Assembly (NCBI GenBank): GCA_963811485.1
Contig: CAWERO010000004.1
Coordinates: 55,232 to 119,231, forward strand
Direction: 5' to 3'
Length of the DNA stretch: 64,000 nucleotides
DNA from: an uncultured Gammaproteobacteria bacterium
GTDB taxonomy: Bacteria; Pseudomonadota; Gammaproteobacteria; Steroidobacterales; Steroidobacteraceae
The notes below the pieces were generated by a model, which saw nothing but the letters and a program-made list of their open reading frames with translations, was not told the DNA's origin and did not search any database. The translations under genes and the position numbers were made by a program. Each line of letters begins with the position of its first letter. Positions within the stretch are counted from its first letter, which is position 1. Shown piece by piece: positions 44,582-57,189 of this stretch.

Positions 44582-45412
44582 ATGAGAGTTAAAATGAATA
44601 TTTTTAGAATTATGGCGATAACAGCGCTCGCCCTGTTGGCGGGCTGCGCACCGAAGAGCGATCAGACCAACGGCAATGCGGCCGCAGCAAAGCCGGTCGC
44701 CACCGTCAATGGTCGCGCGATCGCCAGCGCGCAGTTCGATTTCTTCGTCAAGACCGTGACGGGCAAGCCGGCAGCCGACCTGACGGTCGAACAGCGCGGG
44801 CAGGTGCTGGACACCCTGGTGCGGGCCGAAGTGGTCGCGCAGCAGGCTGAAAAGGACGGGCTGGATAAGCAGGGAGACGCGCCCGCCTCGCTGGCCATGG
44901 CGCGCCTGCAGGTTCTGGAGCAGGCGGCCATGGCGAGCTACCTGAAGGACCGCAAGGCGACGGATGCGGAACTCAAGTCCGAATACGACACCCAGGTCGC
45001 GGCGATGCCCAAGACCCAGTACAAGGCCCGGCACATTTTGGTGAAGACCAGGGACGAGGCCGAACAGGTCATTGCTGCGCTCAAGAAAGGGGCGAAGTTC
45101 GAGAAACTGGCCGCTGAGCAATCGCTGGATGGCTCCAAGACCAATGGTGGCGATCTGGGCTGGTTCAGCCCGACCAATATGGTGCGCCCGTTCGCCGAGG
45201 CCGTAGCCGGTCTCAAGAAGGGCGAGACCACGAGCGCGCCCGTGCAGACTGAATTTGGCTGGCATGTCATCCGGCTCGATGACATGCGCGAGACCGCGCC
45301 GCCGGCCTTTGACTCCGTCAAGGACCGTCTGGTGCAGATCGTGGAGGGAAAGAAATTCAAGACCTACGGTGACGGCCTGATGAGTGCCGCCAAGGTGGAG
45401 AAGACGCCCTGA
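44582..45412 (+). CDS. parvulin-type peptidyl-prolyl cis-trans isomerase lipoprotein
   Basis: Lipobox LLAGC. PpiC domain YKARHILVKTRDEAEQVIAALKKGAKFEKLAAEQSLDGSKTNGGDLGWF..GWHVIRL. The start may instead be ATG 44594. Confidence 0.85.
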   Translation: MRVKMNIFRIMAITALALLAGCAPKSDQTNGNAAAAKPVATVNGRAIASAQFDFFVKTVTGKPAADLTVEQRGQVLDTLVRAEVVAQQAEKDGLDKQGDAPASLAMARLQVLEQAAMASYLKDRKATDAELKSEYDTQVAAMPKTQYKARHILVKTRDEAEQVIAALKKGAKFEKLAAEQSLDGSKTNGGDLGWFSPTNMVRPFAEAVAGLKKGETTSAPVQTEFGWHVIRLDDMRETAPPAFDSVKDRLVQIVEGKKFKTYGDGLMSAAKVEKTP

Positions 45413-45443
45413 GTCAGCGAGGCCGCGCTCGGTGGCACGCTGG

Positions 45444-47177
45444 CTAAGGCAGGCTGGCGTCCAGGAATTGGCGGAACGCGGCCACGGCCGGCGGCGCGGC
45501 AGCGTGTGGCACCGCGCGATACCCTGGCGCGGCCAGGCCGCGCTGCGTCGATGCGGCCAGATCCAGATCCAGGCGCAGCGCCTCGCGGCCAATGCGCCCG
45601 GCCAGGAGCCGCGCTGCGGTCGCGTCCTGCGCGCCGTCCGCAAACCAATAGTCGAAGCATTGCCAGCGGCTGCGGCCCGGCGCGACGGGTATGACCTGGA
45701 TGGCGCTGATGCCATCGGGCCGCCACTCAAGCAGGATGTTGGGCCACAGAAAAATGCGCCGCCATCCTGCCCCGTCCCGTGCCTGGGCAGCCGGCCCGAG
45801 GCGCAACGTGGTCCCGGCGCTGCCGGCGGCAGGCTGTGCGCGCCAGCGCAGCTGACGCCGGTCGGGATCGGATTCGAGAGCTGGTGCGTCGAAGCTGTGC
45901 ACCCCGCCGTGTACCGGGTGGGCGCTCAGGCGGTGCAGCAGTAGCTGCTCGACCGCGACTTTCCAGTCGGCGGCGACTTCAAGCTCGGAAAATGTGCCGC
46001 TGTCGTTCACGCCGGGCCCGGGCTGCGCGGGGTGCGGCGCGCTCTCGGACAGGTCCGGCGGCAGCGGCACATCGCCCTCGGCTGTGGCGCACACAAACAC
46101 GAGCCCGGCCGAAGTGGCCTGGTGCACGGCCGCCAGGTTGCCGCTGGCGGCCGGATCGGCGGCCCTGCCGTCCAATGCAAAACAAAGCTGATGCAGGGGA
46201 CAGGATATGCTTTGCCCCAGCTGGCTGCGCCGCGCCAGCACCAATGCGTGCGGCTGCGGCGGGCAGCTGTTGTCCAACGCCCGCAGGCGCGCGGCGTCGC
46301 GCAGCACCAGCACCCGGCCTGTAGCCAGTTCTACGGTCAGGCTATCGCCCGGCGAGCGCAGTTCCGCCTCGTGCCCGGCGAGCTGCCATGCAGCGCCGAA
46401 CCAGCGCGCCCGCTCCTGCTCGAAGCGCTGTTCCACCGCCAAGCCGTCCCAACCACGTGCGGGCAGGCGGGACGGAAAATGACCAGGAAATACCGAGGCG
46501 AGGTAGGCCAGGGCGCGCGCGCGCGCGGCGCTGCGGTCGATGCGCTCCTCGGTCTGGAAGGCAAAGCCCTGCCAGATCATCTCCAGCACGCCAATCAGGC
46601 CCAGCGAGATGGCGTCCGGATCCAGGTGCGCCTGCCCACTCTTCTCGATCATGCGCCCGATCAGCTCGAGCACCAGATCGGCGAAGCGGTCGTCCTTCTG
46701 GCCGCAGATGTCCTGGTATTCCTGGCGGGCGGTGGCCTCGCCCCAGAATGCATACCAGACCGAGACCTTGCGCGTGCTGGCCACGGCCGCGTCGAGGTAC
46801 AGATCGACCAGCGTTTGCAGCGCCTGCACCGGCGCATGACGCAGGCTGCCGACCGGCTCGAGCACCAGTTGTTCGAACTCGGTCGACAGGAAGCGGAGCG
46901 AGGCGACCAGCATGGCGCCTTTGGACTTGAAGTAGAATCGCACGATGCCGGGCGACAGCTTCGCGATGGCGACCACCTTCGCCACCGTAGTTTGCGACGG
47001 TCCGTAGATATGCAGCGCGGAAATGCAGGCGTCGATCAGTCGCTGGCGTTGCCGGCTGGCGGACAGGCGCCGCTGCGGCGTCGCGCCCGGCCGGCGCCGC
47101 GGCCGGGAAGCCCGCGCGCTCAAGTAGTGCTTCCGGGGCGGCCCGCCGCCACGACGGCGGGCGAAACCAGCTTGCAT
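45444..47177 (-). CDS. TetR-family (BetI-like) regulator fused to a Rieske-oxygenase alpha-subunit-like domain with degenerate metal sites
   Basis: One uninterrupted 577-aa ORF. The HTH is RLIDACISALHIYGPSQTTVAKVVAIAKLSPGIVRFYFKSKGAML, followed by a TetR C-domain. From about residue 250 the sequence aligns to the window's own Rieske oxygenase (53291..54506). Confidence 0.7.
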   Translation of the reverse strand: MQAGFARRRGGGPPRKHYLSARASRPRRRPGATPQRRLSASRQRQRLIDACISALHIYGPSQTTVAKVVAIAKLSPGIVRFYFKSKGAMLVASLRFLSTEFEQLVLEPVGSLRHAPVQALQTLVDLYLDAAVASTRKVSVWYAFWGEATARQEYQDICGQKDDRFADLVLELIGRMIEKSGQAHLDPDAISLGLIGVLEMIWQGFAFQTEERIDRSAARARALAYLASVFPGHFPSRLPARGWDGLAVEQRFEQERARWFGAAWQLAGHEAELRSPGDSLTVELATGRVLVLRDAARLRALDNSCPPQPHALVLARRSQLGQSISCPLHQLCFALDGRAADPAASGNLAAVHQATSAGLVFVCATAEGDVPLPPDLSESAPHPAQPGPGVNDSGTFSELEVAADWKVAVEQLLLHRLSAHPVHGGVHSFDAPALESDPDRRQLRWRAQPAAGSAGTTLRLGPAAQARDGAGWRRIFLWPNILLEWRPDGISAIQVIPVAPGRSRWQCFDYWFADGAQDATAARLLAGRIGREALRLDLDLAASTQRGLAAPGYRAVPHAAAPPAVAAFRQFLDASLP

Positions 47178-47197
47178 TTGGCATAGTCACGCATCAG

Positions 47198-48116
47198 ATG
47201 AAAGGCAATTTCCTGGTGAAATACCGGATCGGCAGGCACCGGCGCTGGCTGATCATCGCTCCGCCGTTCCTGTTCCTGCTGGTCTTTTTCCTGATCCCGT
47301 TCGGTTTTGCGCTGACGATCAGCTTTGCCCAGACCGCGATCCGCGTGCCGCCGTTCACCGATATCGTGTCGATGGACGCGCATCACCACCTGCATCTGGT
47401 GCTGAAGCTGGACAACTACCGCTATCTGCTCACGGACAAAGTCTATGCCCTCTCCTACTTATATTCCCTGAAAACCGCGTTCTTTTCCACGCTCATCTGC
47501 CTTCTGATTGGCTATCCGATGGCCTATGCCATCTCGCGCACCTCGCGCAGCACGCAGAGCATCCTGTTGCTGATCATCATCCTGCCGTTCTGGACTTCCT
47601 TCCTGCTGCGGGTCTACGCGCTCGAGGGGATCATTCGCGAAAACGGCCTGCTCAACCAGGCGCTGCTGTGGCTGGGTCTGGTCCACCGAGCCGCTGCAGC
47701 TCATGCACACGACCAGCGCGGTCTACCTCGGCATCATCTATTCCTACCTGCCGTTCATGGTGCTGCCGCTGTTCGCGACGCTGGAAAAGCTCGACCGCAC
47801 GCTGCTGGAGGCCTCGGCCGACCTCGGCAGCCCGCCCTGGCGTGCCTTTCTCGACGTTACGCTGCCGCTGTCGATGCCCGGGGTGATCGCCGGCTCGATG
47901 CTGGTGTTCATTCCGGCGATCGGCGAGTTCGTCATCCCGACGCTGCTGGGCGGCGCCGACAATCTGATGATCGGGCGCGTGCTGTGGGACGAGTTCTTCG
48001 GCAACCGTGACTGGCCGGTCGCCTCCGCGGTCGCGGTCGCATTCCTGGTGCTGCTGGTCGGACCGATCGCCATCTACCAGCACTATCACAGCAAGGAGCT
48101 CGAGGCGCACGCGTGA
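47198..48116 (+). pseudogene. polyamine-type ABC transporter permease (PotB/PotH-like); 1 frame break about 47685
   Basis: RRWLIIAPPFLFLLVFFLIPF.. then AVYLGIIYSYLPFMVLPLFATLEKLDRTLLEASADLGS (EAA loop) in another frame. Confidence 0.85.
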
Positions 48117-48946
48117 ACGAGCGGCCGCCGACCATGCTGATGACGCGTGCTCGCGCATCGGCGTGGCGCTGCTCTACATCCCGATGCTGGTGATGATCGG
48201 CTATTCCTTCAACGCCTCGCCGCTGGTCGGCATCTGGGGCGGCTTCTCCACGCACTGGTACCGCGAACTGGTGCACAACGATCAGCTCATTTCCGCTGCC
48301 TGGCTGTCGCTGCGCATCGGCTTTGTCGCCGCCACCTCGGCCATGGTGCTGGGCACGCTGGCGGCGATCGCGCTGGTGCGCTTCAGGCGCTTTCGCGGCC
48401 GATTGACGCTCACCGCCATGGTCAACGCGCCGCTGGTGATGCCCGAGATCATCACCGGCATCACGCAGCTGCTGCTGCTGATCTCCATGCTGCACCTGTT
48501 CGGCTGGCCGCACCGCGGCTTCCTGACCATCGTGCTGGCGCACGTCGACCTTCTGCACCGCCTACGTCACGGTCACGGTGCAATCGCGCCTCGGCACGGC
48601 CGATCGTTCGCTGGAGGAAGCGGCCATGGACCTGGGTTCCGGGCCGGTGCGCGCCTTCATCGACACCACGCTGCCGATCATCGCCCCGGCGCTGGCCAGC
48701 GGCTGGCTGCTGAGCTTCACGCTCTCGCTCGATGATCTGGTGATCTCGAGCTTCGTCTCGGGGCCGGGCGCCAGCACGCTGCCGATGGTGATCTTCTCGA
48801 AAGTGAAGCTGGGCGTGAGCCCGGACATCAACGCGCTCGCCACGCTGATCATCGCCACGGTCGGCGCCGGCGTGCTCATTGCCGGCGTGCTGATGCGGCG
48901 CGCCGACCAGCAGCGGCTGCGCGACCTGCAGCTTGCCGCGCAATAG
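48113..48946 (+). pseudogene. polyamine-type ABC transporter permease (PotC/PotI-like); at least 2 frame breaks
   Basis: IGVALLYIPMLVMIGYSFNASPLVGIWGGFSTHWY.. then SLEEAAMDLGSGPVRAFIDTTLPIIAP..VISSFVSGPGASTLPMVIFS. The GTG start overlaps the upstream stop (GTGA). The exact start is uncertain. Confidence 0.8.
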
Positions 48947-48966
48947 CGGCATGCGCCTGGCGATCG

Positions 48967-50062
48967 TTACTCGCCGGTCTTGATGCGCGTCCAGATTCGC
49001 GTGCGGATCCGCTCCAGGGTGATGCTCGTTTCCACGTTGGGGTAGAGGCGCGCTTCGATCTCGGGCGTCGGGATACAGGATGGGGTCGTTCAAAATGTCC
49101 GGCCGGACGTAGGCATTGGCCGCGAGGTTGGCGTTGCCGTAGTAGATTTCATTGGTGATGCCGGCAATGACTTTCGGGTCCATGAGGTAATTGAGGAATG
49201 CGTAGGCCGCCTCCGGATGGGGCGCGCCAACGGGAATCAGGAACGAGGACAAGGTCAGATTGGCACCCTCGACGGGCACCGTGAACGCCAGGTGCACTGG
49301 CGCCCCGGCAGCGCGCGCGCGCGCCATCACCGTTTCGTAGTCGGCTGACCACGACATTGCGATGCATACCTCCTGGTTGGCGAGCGCGTTCATGTACTCG
49401 ACCGAATCGAAGGTGCGGACGTAGGGGCGCACCTTGAGCAACAGCCGCTCGGCCGCCTCATAGTCCTCGCGGCGCGTGCTGTTCGGGTCCAGATGCAGGT
49501 ACTTCAAGGCGAGCTGCAGCACATCCTGCGGCGAGTCGAGGAAAGTCACGCCGCAGTCGGCAAAGCGCGCAATGATCTCCGGCTTGAAGATCATGTCGAG
49601 GCTCCCGACCGGTGCGTCGTGCATGCGTGCGCGGATCTGCTCCACGTTGTAGGCGAAACCGTTGATCGCCTGCATGTACGGCACGCCGTAGCGATTGCCC
49701 GGGTCGCTGTCCTCCAGGTTGGCCAGGAAGTGCGGATCCAGGTTCTTCCAGTTGGGCAGCTTTGACTTGTCGAGCGGGATGTAAACACCAGCCCTGATCT
49801 GGCGGCTCGAGAAGTTCGAAGACACGCTAACCACGTCGTAGCCGGATTCGCCGGCCAGCAGCCGTGCCTCGGCGGTTTCCTCCGCGTCGTAGGTGTCGTA
49901 CACCACCTTGATGCCGGTGAGTTTCTCGAAGCGCTTGATGGTGCCGGTACCGATGAAGTCGGACCAGTTGTAGATGAACAGGCGCTTGTCCGCCGCCACG
50001 GCCTCGCCGCCGGTGGCGGCCAGCAGCAGTGCAAGTATGCCGGCGCGGTACTTCCGCATCAT
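48967..50062 (-). pseudogene. periplasmic polyamine/putrescine-binding protein (PotF/PotD-like); 1 frame break about 49075
   Basis: Signal peptide MMRKYRAGILALLLAATGGEAVAA. LFIYNWSDFIG, YDVVSVSSNF, YGVPYMQ. The last 33 aa (TPEIEARLYPNVETSITLERIRTRIWTRIKTGE-TAA) lie in another frame. Confidence 0.85.
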
Positions 50063-50068
50063 GCAGTC

Positions 50069-50076
50069 ATTATAAT
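50069..50076. promoter_or_regulatory. palindromic ATTATAAT element (TATAAT on both strands) between the divergent potF-like and amidohydrolase genes
   Basis: attataat at 50069-50076. On the minus strand TATAAT ends 6 nt before the potF-like ATG (50062). On the plus strand it lies 46 nt upstream of the amidohydrolase start. No convincing -35 element. Confidence 0.3.
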
Positions 50077-50121
50077 GGGTGGCGGGCGCACGCATGCGCT
50101 TTGGATTCAGGGGAGACAGTC

Positions 50122-52140
50122 TTGAGAAAATCGGACGGACGGGACTGGACCGCGGTCAAAGCCCTGCTGGCGTTAGCCGTCGCGTCGCCAGCGGGCGCCG
50201 CGCCCGCCGATCTGGTGCTCTCGCATGCCCGCATCTATACCGCCGCCGGGCCTGCGTTGGCCGAGGCCCTGGCTGCAAGCCACGGCCAGATCGTCTACGT
50301 GGGCGATGCGGCCGGGGTCAAGAAATATGTGGGGGCGCGCACGCGCCGGGTCGATGCCGGCGGGCGCCTGGTATTGCCGGGGCTCGTCGACTCGCACATC
50401 CATCCGATCGACCTGGTAAGCGGCGACGAATGTGACCTGCTGAGCGGACCCCGGTCGCTGCGCCAGATATCGGCGTTTGTCCGTGGCTGCATCGCGCATT
50501 TCCGTCCGTCAGCCGGCGGTTGGCTCCGCGTCCAGGGCTGGAGCAACACGTACGGCAACACACCCGATGCACAGTTCCCTACCCTGCGCGTGGCGCTGGA
50601 CAAGGCTGCGCCCGGGAATCCAATCTACATGATGGGCGACGATGGCCATCACGCCGTCTTCAACAGTGCCGCCATGGCGCTGGCCGTCAACGCCCAGGGC
50701 CGCAGGGTCGGGCTCAGCCGGGCCACCCTGGCCAGTGATTTCGCGCGTTATCGCTTGCTGATCAGCGTCGACGCGCAGGGCGAGCCCGATGGCCAGATGA
50801 ACGAGGAAGCGCAGTACCTCGTCAACCGCGATTACATGAACTACAACGAGCTGCAGATCGCGCTCGAGCATCCTGAGCGGATGCCGCGCGCGCTCAACGC
50901 GGCGGGCATCACGGCCGTGCTCGACGCGGCGGCCGCGCCCGAAGCCAATCCCGTCTACGAAAAACTGCTGGCCTCCGGAACACTGACCGCGCACGTCACG
51001 CTGGCTCAGTATTTCAACCCGGACTACAACCTTGACGCCGCCGGCCACATCGACTACCCAGGCATGGTGGCGCGTGCGCTGGCGATGCGTGCCCGTTACG
51101 CGTCCAATCCGCTGCTGCGCGCTGATTTCGTCAAGCTGTACGCCGATGGCGTGGTCGAGGGCAATCCCTTTGCCACGCCACCGACGCTGGGCAACGCTGC
51201 GATGTTGCAGCCCTACCTGCAACCGATGTTCAGCATCGACGCTGCGGGGCATCCGAGCGTGACTGGCTACGTGGATACGGATTCACCGTTGTGCCGCGAA
51301 GTGCGCGCGCATCCTGAACAGTATCAGGACGTGGCCGCATTCAGCACGGCCCACGGCTTCTATCCCGGCCAATGTGACCTGTCGATGGGTCAACTCAAGG
51401 ACGATCGCGAGGTGATCCTCGAGATGGCGCGCCGCATGCACCTGGCCGGGTTCAACCTGCACATCCACGTCATCGGCGATCGCGCCGCCCGCACTGCGCT
51501 CGATGCGATCGAAGCCGCGCGTGCCGCGGACGGCAACGGCAGTACGCACGACAGCTTCGCGCACCTGCAGTTCGCGCAGCCGGAAGACGTCGAGCGGCTG
51601 GGCCGCGACCACCTGTACGTGGCCTTCACCTTCTGCTGGGCCACCTCGAGCATCGACTATGACATGACGGTCGTGCCCTTCCTGCAGCACATGACCGGCA
51701 ACAGCGCCGAGAGCCGCATGGTGCCTGGCAGTTATTACTATGAAAACAGCTACCCGGTACGCGCCGTGCGGGATGCAGGCGGCATCGTAGTAGGCGGGTC
51801 CGATGCGCCGGTAGGCACACGCGACCCGCAACCCTTCGTCAACATCGCCGTGGCCTTGCTGCGGCACATGAGCGGAGACTTGACGCTCAACCCACAGCAG
51901 GCTCTGACGGTGCGCCAGGCGCTCGACGCTTACACGATCGACGGAGCGAGGTTCCTGGGTCGGGAGCGGGAATTTGGCTCACTCGAAGCGGGCAAGTCGG
52001 CCGACTTCATCATCGTGGATCGCGACCTGCTGGCGCTCGCCGATTCCGGCCGGGCCGAGCAGATCGCCGGTACGCGCGTACTCGAGACCTGGTTCCGCGG
52101 CCGACAGGTCTATCGCGCCAGACAGCGCGGCGGGCGCTGA
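50122..52140 (+). CDS. secreted metal-dependent amidohydrolase (amidohydrolase-3 / COG1574-like)
   Basis: Intact. TTG start 6-7 nt after GGGGAG, and a signal peptide (ALLALAVASPAGAA). PGLVDSHIHP (HxH), HIHVIGDRA, GGSDAPV. Confidence 0.8.
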   Translation: MRKSDGRDWTAVKALLALAVASPAGAAPADLVLSHARIYTAAGPALAEALAASHGQIVYVGDAAGVKKYVGARTRRVDAGGRLVLPGLVDSHIHPIDLVSGDECDLLSGPRSLRQISAFVRGCIAHFRPSAGGWLRVQGWSNTYGNTPDAQFPTLRVALDKAAPGNPIYMMGDDGHHAVFNSAAMALAVNAQGRRVGLSRATLASDFARYRLLISVDAQGEPDGQMNEEAQYLVNRDYMNYNELQIALEHPERMPRALNAAGITAVLDAAAAPEANPVYEKLLASGTLTAHVTLAQYFNPDYNLDAAGHIDYPGMVARALAMRARYASNPLLRADFVKLYADGVVEGNPFATPPTLGNAAMLQPYLQPMFSIDAAGHPSVTGYVDTDSPLCREVRAHPEQYQDVAAFSTAHGFYPGQCDLSMGQLKDDREVILEMARRMHLAGFNLHIHVIGDRAARTALDAIEAARAADGNGSTHDSFAHLQFAQPEDVERLGRDHLYVAFTFCWATSSIDYDMTVVPFLQHMTGNSAESRMVPGSYYYENSYPVRAVRDAGGIVVGGSDAPVGTRDPQPFVNIAVALLRHMSGDLTLNPQQALTVRQALDAYTIDGARFLGREREFGSLEAGKSADFIIVDRDLLALADSGRAEQIAGTRVLETWFRGRQVYRARQRGGR

Positions 52141-53294
52141 TGGGCAAGGTGCGCTCGCGGCCAGGCCGCGCCGGATGGGGTGCGATCGCCTGCCTGCTCG
52201 CTGCCTCGGCCGCGACGGCGGGGCCGCACTCGCGGGCAGCCGTCGCGGCGCTGGTACAGGAGGAAATGGCTGCCCAGTCCATTCCAGGCCTGGCGATCGC
52301 GATTATCGAGCACGGTCACGTGCGCATGGCCCGCGGGTTCGGTTACGCCAATGTCGAGCATGCGGTGCCAGTGACGGCCGCGACCGTGTTTCAATCCGGC
52401 TCGGTCGGCAAGCAATTCACTGCGGCAGCAGTGATGCTGCTGGTGGAAGAGGGCAAACTCTCGCTCGATGATCCGATCGGCCACTACCTGCCGGAGGCGC
52501 CACCCTCCTGGCAGGCCATTCGCATCCGGCACCTGCTGACGCACACTTCCGGCATTGCCGACTACACGACCGAGGCCTTCGATGTGCGCCGCGCCTACAC
52601 CGAGGCCGAGCTGGTGCGCACGATCTGTGCGCTGCCGCTGGAGTTTCCTGCCGGCGAGCGCTACAGCTACAGCAATTCAGGGTATCTGCTGCTCGGGGCG
52701 ATCATGGATCGGGTCAGCGGCCGCCACTACAGCGAGTTGCTGCGCGAGCGCGTGTTCCAGCCGCTGGGCATGCATAGCGCACGCCTGATCGATGAAGCGG
52801 CGATCGTGATGCACCGGGCCGCCGGCTACCGCCTGCTCGACGGCAAGCTGGCCAACCAGGCCTGGGTGGCCCCGGAGCAGAACACCACCGCCGATGGTTC
52901 GCTGTACCTGTCGCTGGCGGACATGATCGCGTGGGACCGCGGCGTGCGCGCCGGGCGGGTGCTGCGTCCGGAGTCCTGGCGGCAGATATTCACCCCGGTG
53001 CGACTGAACAGCGGCAACCCCTACCCTTATGGCTTCGGCTGGGAACTGCCCACCGTGAACGGGCAACAGGTCGAATCGCACGATGGCGGCTGGCAGGGAT
53101 TCTCGGTCCACATATCGCGCTACCTGGGGAGCGATATCAGCATTATCGTTCTGACCAACCTGGCCGAAGGGGATCCGGCGCGCATTGCGCGGCGGGTGGC
53201 GGCCACGTTGCGTGATGAACTGCGAGCGCCAGCGAGAGCCGCCAGCGCTGATTCCAGGCCGGATTCGTCGGTTGCGCTCGCGCCGGTCGACTAG
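52140..53294 (+). CDS. secreted serine hydrolase, beta-lactamase/transpeptidase-like family
   Basis: Intact 384 aa with a signal peptide and the S-x-x-K motif (FQSGSVGKQFTA); also YSNSGYLLLG. The start overlaps the upstream stop (TGATG). Confidence 0.8.
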   Translation: MGKVRSRPGRAGWGAIACLLAASAATAGPHSRAAVAALVQEEMAAQSIPGLAIAIIEHGHVRMARGFGYANVEHAVPVTAATVFQSGSVGKQFTAAAVMLLVEEGKLSLDDPIGHYLPEAPPSWQAIRIRHLLTHTSGIADYTTEAFDVRRAYTEAELVRTICALPLEFPAGERYSYSNSGYLLLGAIMDRVSGRHYSELLRERVFQPLGMHSARLIDEAAIVMHRAAGYRLLDGKLANQAWVAPEQNTTADGSLYLSLADMIAWDRGVRAGRVLRPESWRQIFTPVRLNSGNPYPYGFGWELPTVNGQQVESHDGGWQGFSVHISRYLGSDISIIVLTNLAEGDPARIARRVAATLRDELRAPARAASADSRPDSSVALAPVD

Positions 53295-54506
53295 GCCAGC
53301 GCCGCGGACTCGGCCAGCGCGGCATCGGCCGCCGTTTCTGCCAGATACCATTCGACGAAACGCCGGGCGTAATCCTCCTGCAGTGAATACGGTCCCGGCT
53401 CGTAGTAGCGCGAATTCACGCCCTGCTGATTACGCTCGATGATCAGCTTGTCCTCGACGCTGGTCACCTGCCAGAGCCAGCTGAGGCGCTCGGCGTCATA
53501 GTCGCGCCCCGCCACCGCGTCGGCGTGCACCAGCCAGATGACCTCCATTTCGGTGCGATCTACGGCGCGGGGAATGAAGCGATAGATCACGCCGTGGTCT
53601 GCATAGGCCAGGAAGTCGCTGATCGGACCGATGTCGAAGTAGGTCGAACTGCCGTCGTGTTGCGAAAAGTCGCCCATCAGCGGCGCGACCGGCTGGCCGT
53701 CGGGCGATGCCGGTGAGGTGCCCGGCGAGCAGCGCGCTGCGCAGCACGGACACTGATTCCTGCCCCGGCCGCGCCCGCAGGCCATAGCCATCGACGTCTG
53801 TCGATCTGGATGCCGAGCGCGCGCTGCGCTCGCTGCGCGGCCTGCTCGAGTTCTGCGTGCTCTGCGCCAGCCGGCCGCGCATAGACGTGGCGGCGCGCGA
53901 ATTCCGGGTGCGCGGGCTGGCAGTGATAGCACTCCATGTAATTTTCGAGCGCCAGCTTCCAGTTGGCGTGAATCTCGAAGCTGGCCCGATGCGCCACCTT
54001 TGCCTTGGCCCAGCCATGGGTGCCGGCGGCGCTGGCGAGCGCGCGCTCCGCATCGTCGAGCGCGGGCGGCGCGGCGGCAAAGCTGACGAAGATGAGCCCC
54101 TGCGAGCACCCGCACGTGCAACGGCCTGAGGCCTGCAGTTTCGCGCCGAAACGACGCCGGCATTTCGCGCGCCGCGCGCAGGCGGCCATCGAGCCCGTAG
54201 GACCAGGCGTGGTACGGGCAGGTGAAGCCGCCGCCCTGGGCGGTGCCGGAACGCGTCACGCACACGCGTGAGCCCCGGTGACGGCAGACGTTCAGCAGCG
54301 CGTGCACGTTGCCGTCGGCGGCGCGACACACGATCACGGATTCGGCGGCCGAGATCCACCAGGAAGAAGTCGCCCGTGTCCGGCAGGCTGCTGACGTGGC
54401 CGGCGCAGAACCAGTGCCGCAGCAGCATGCGCTCCATGTCCTGCTCGAAGATCGCCGGATCGGTGTAGAACTCGCGCGGCAGCGAGTAGCCTGCGCGCGG
54501 CGCCAA
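53291..54506 (-). pseudogene. Rieske [2Fe-2S] non-haem-iron oxygenase alpha subunit (GbcA/Stc2-type N-demethylase-like); at least 4 frame breaks
   Basis: YSLPREFYTDPAIFEQDMERMLLRHWFCAGH; Rieske motif CRHRGSRV..CPYHAWSYGLDGRL; catalytic motif NWKLALENYMECYHCQPAHPEF; C-terminus YEPGPYSLQEDYARRFVEWY. The fragments sit in three frames. Confidence 0.8.
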
Positions 54507-54540
54507 GCGCGGTTGCTGCCAGCACGACCCGTCGCCTCCC

Positions 54541-57171
<2,631 letters not shown>

Positions 57172-57189
57172 GATCGACTCCCCCTGCAA

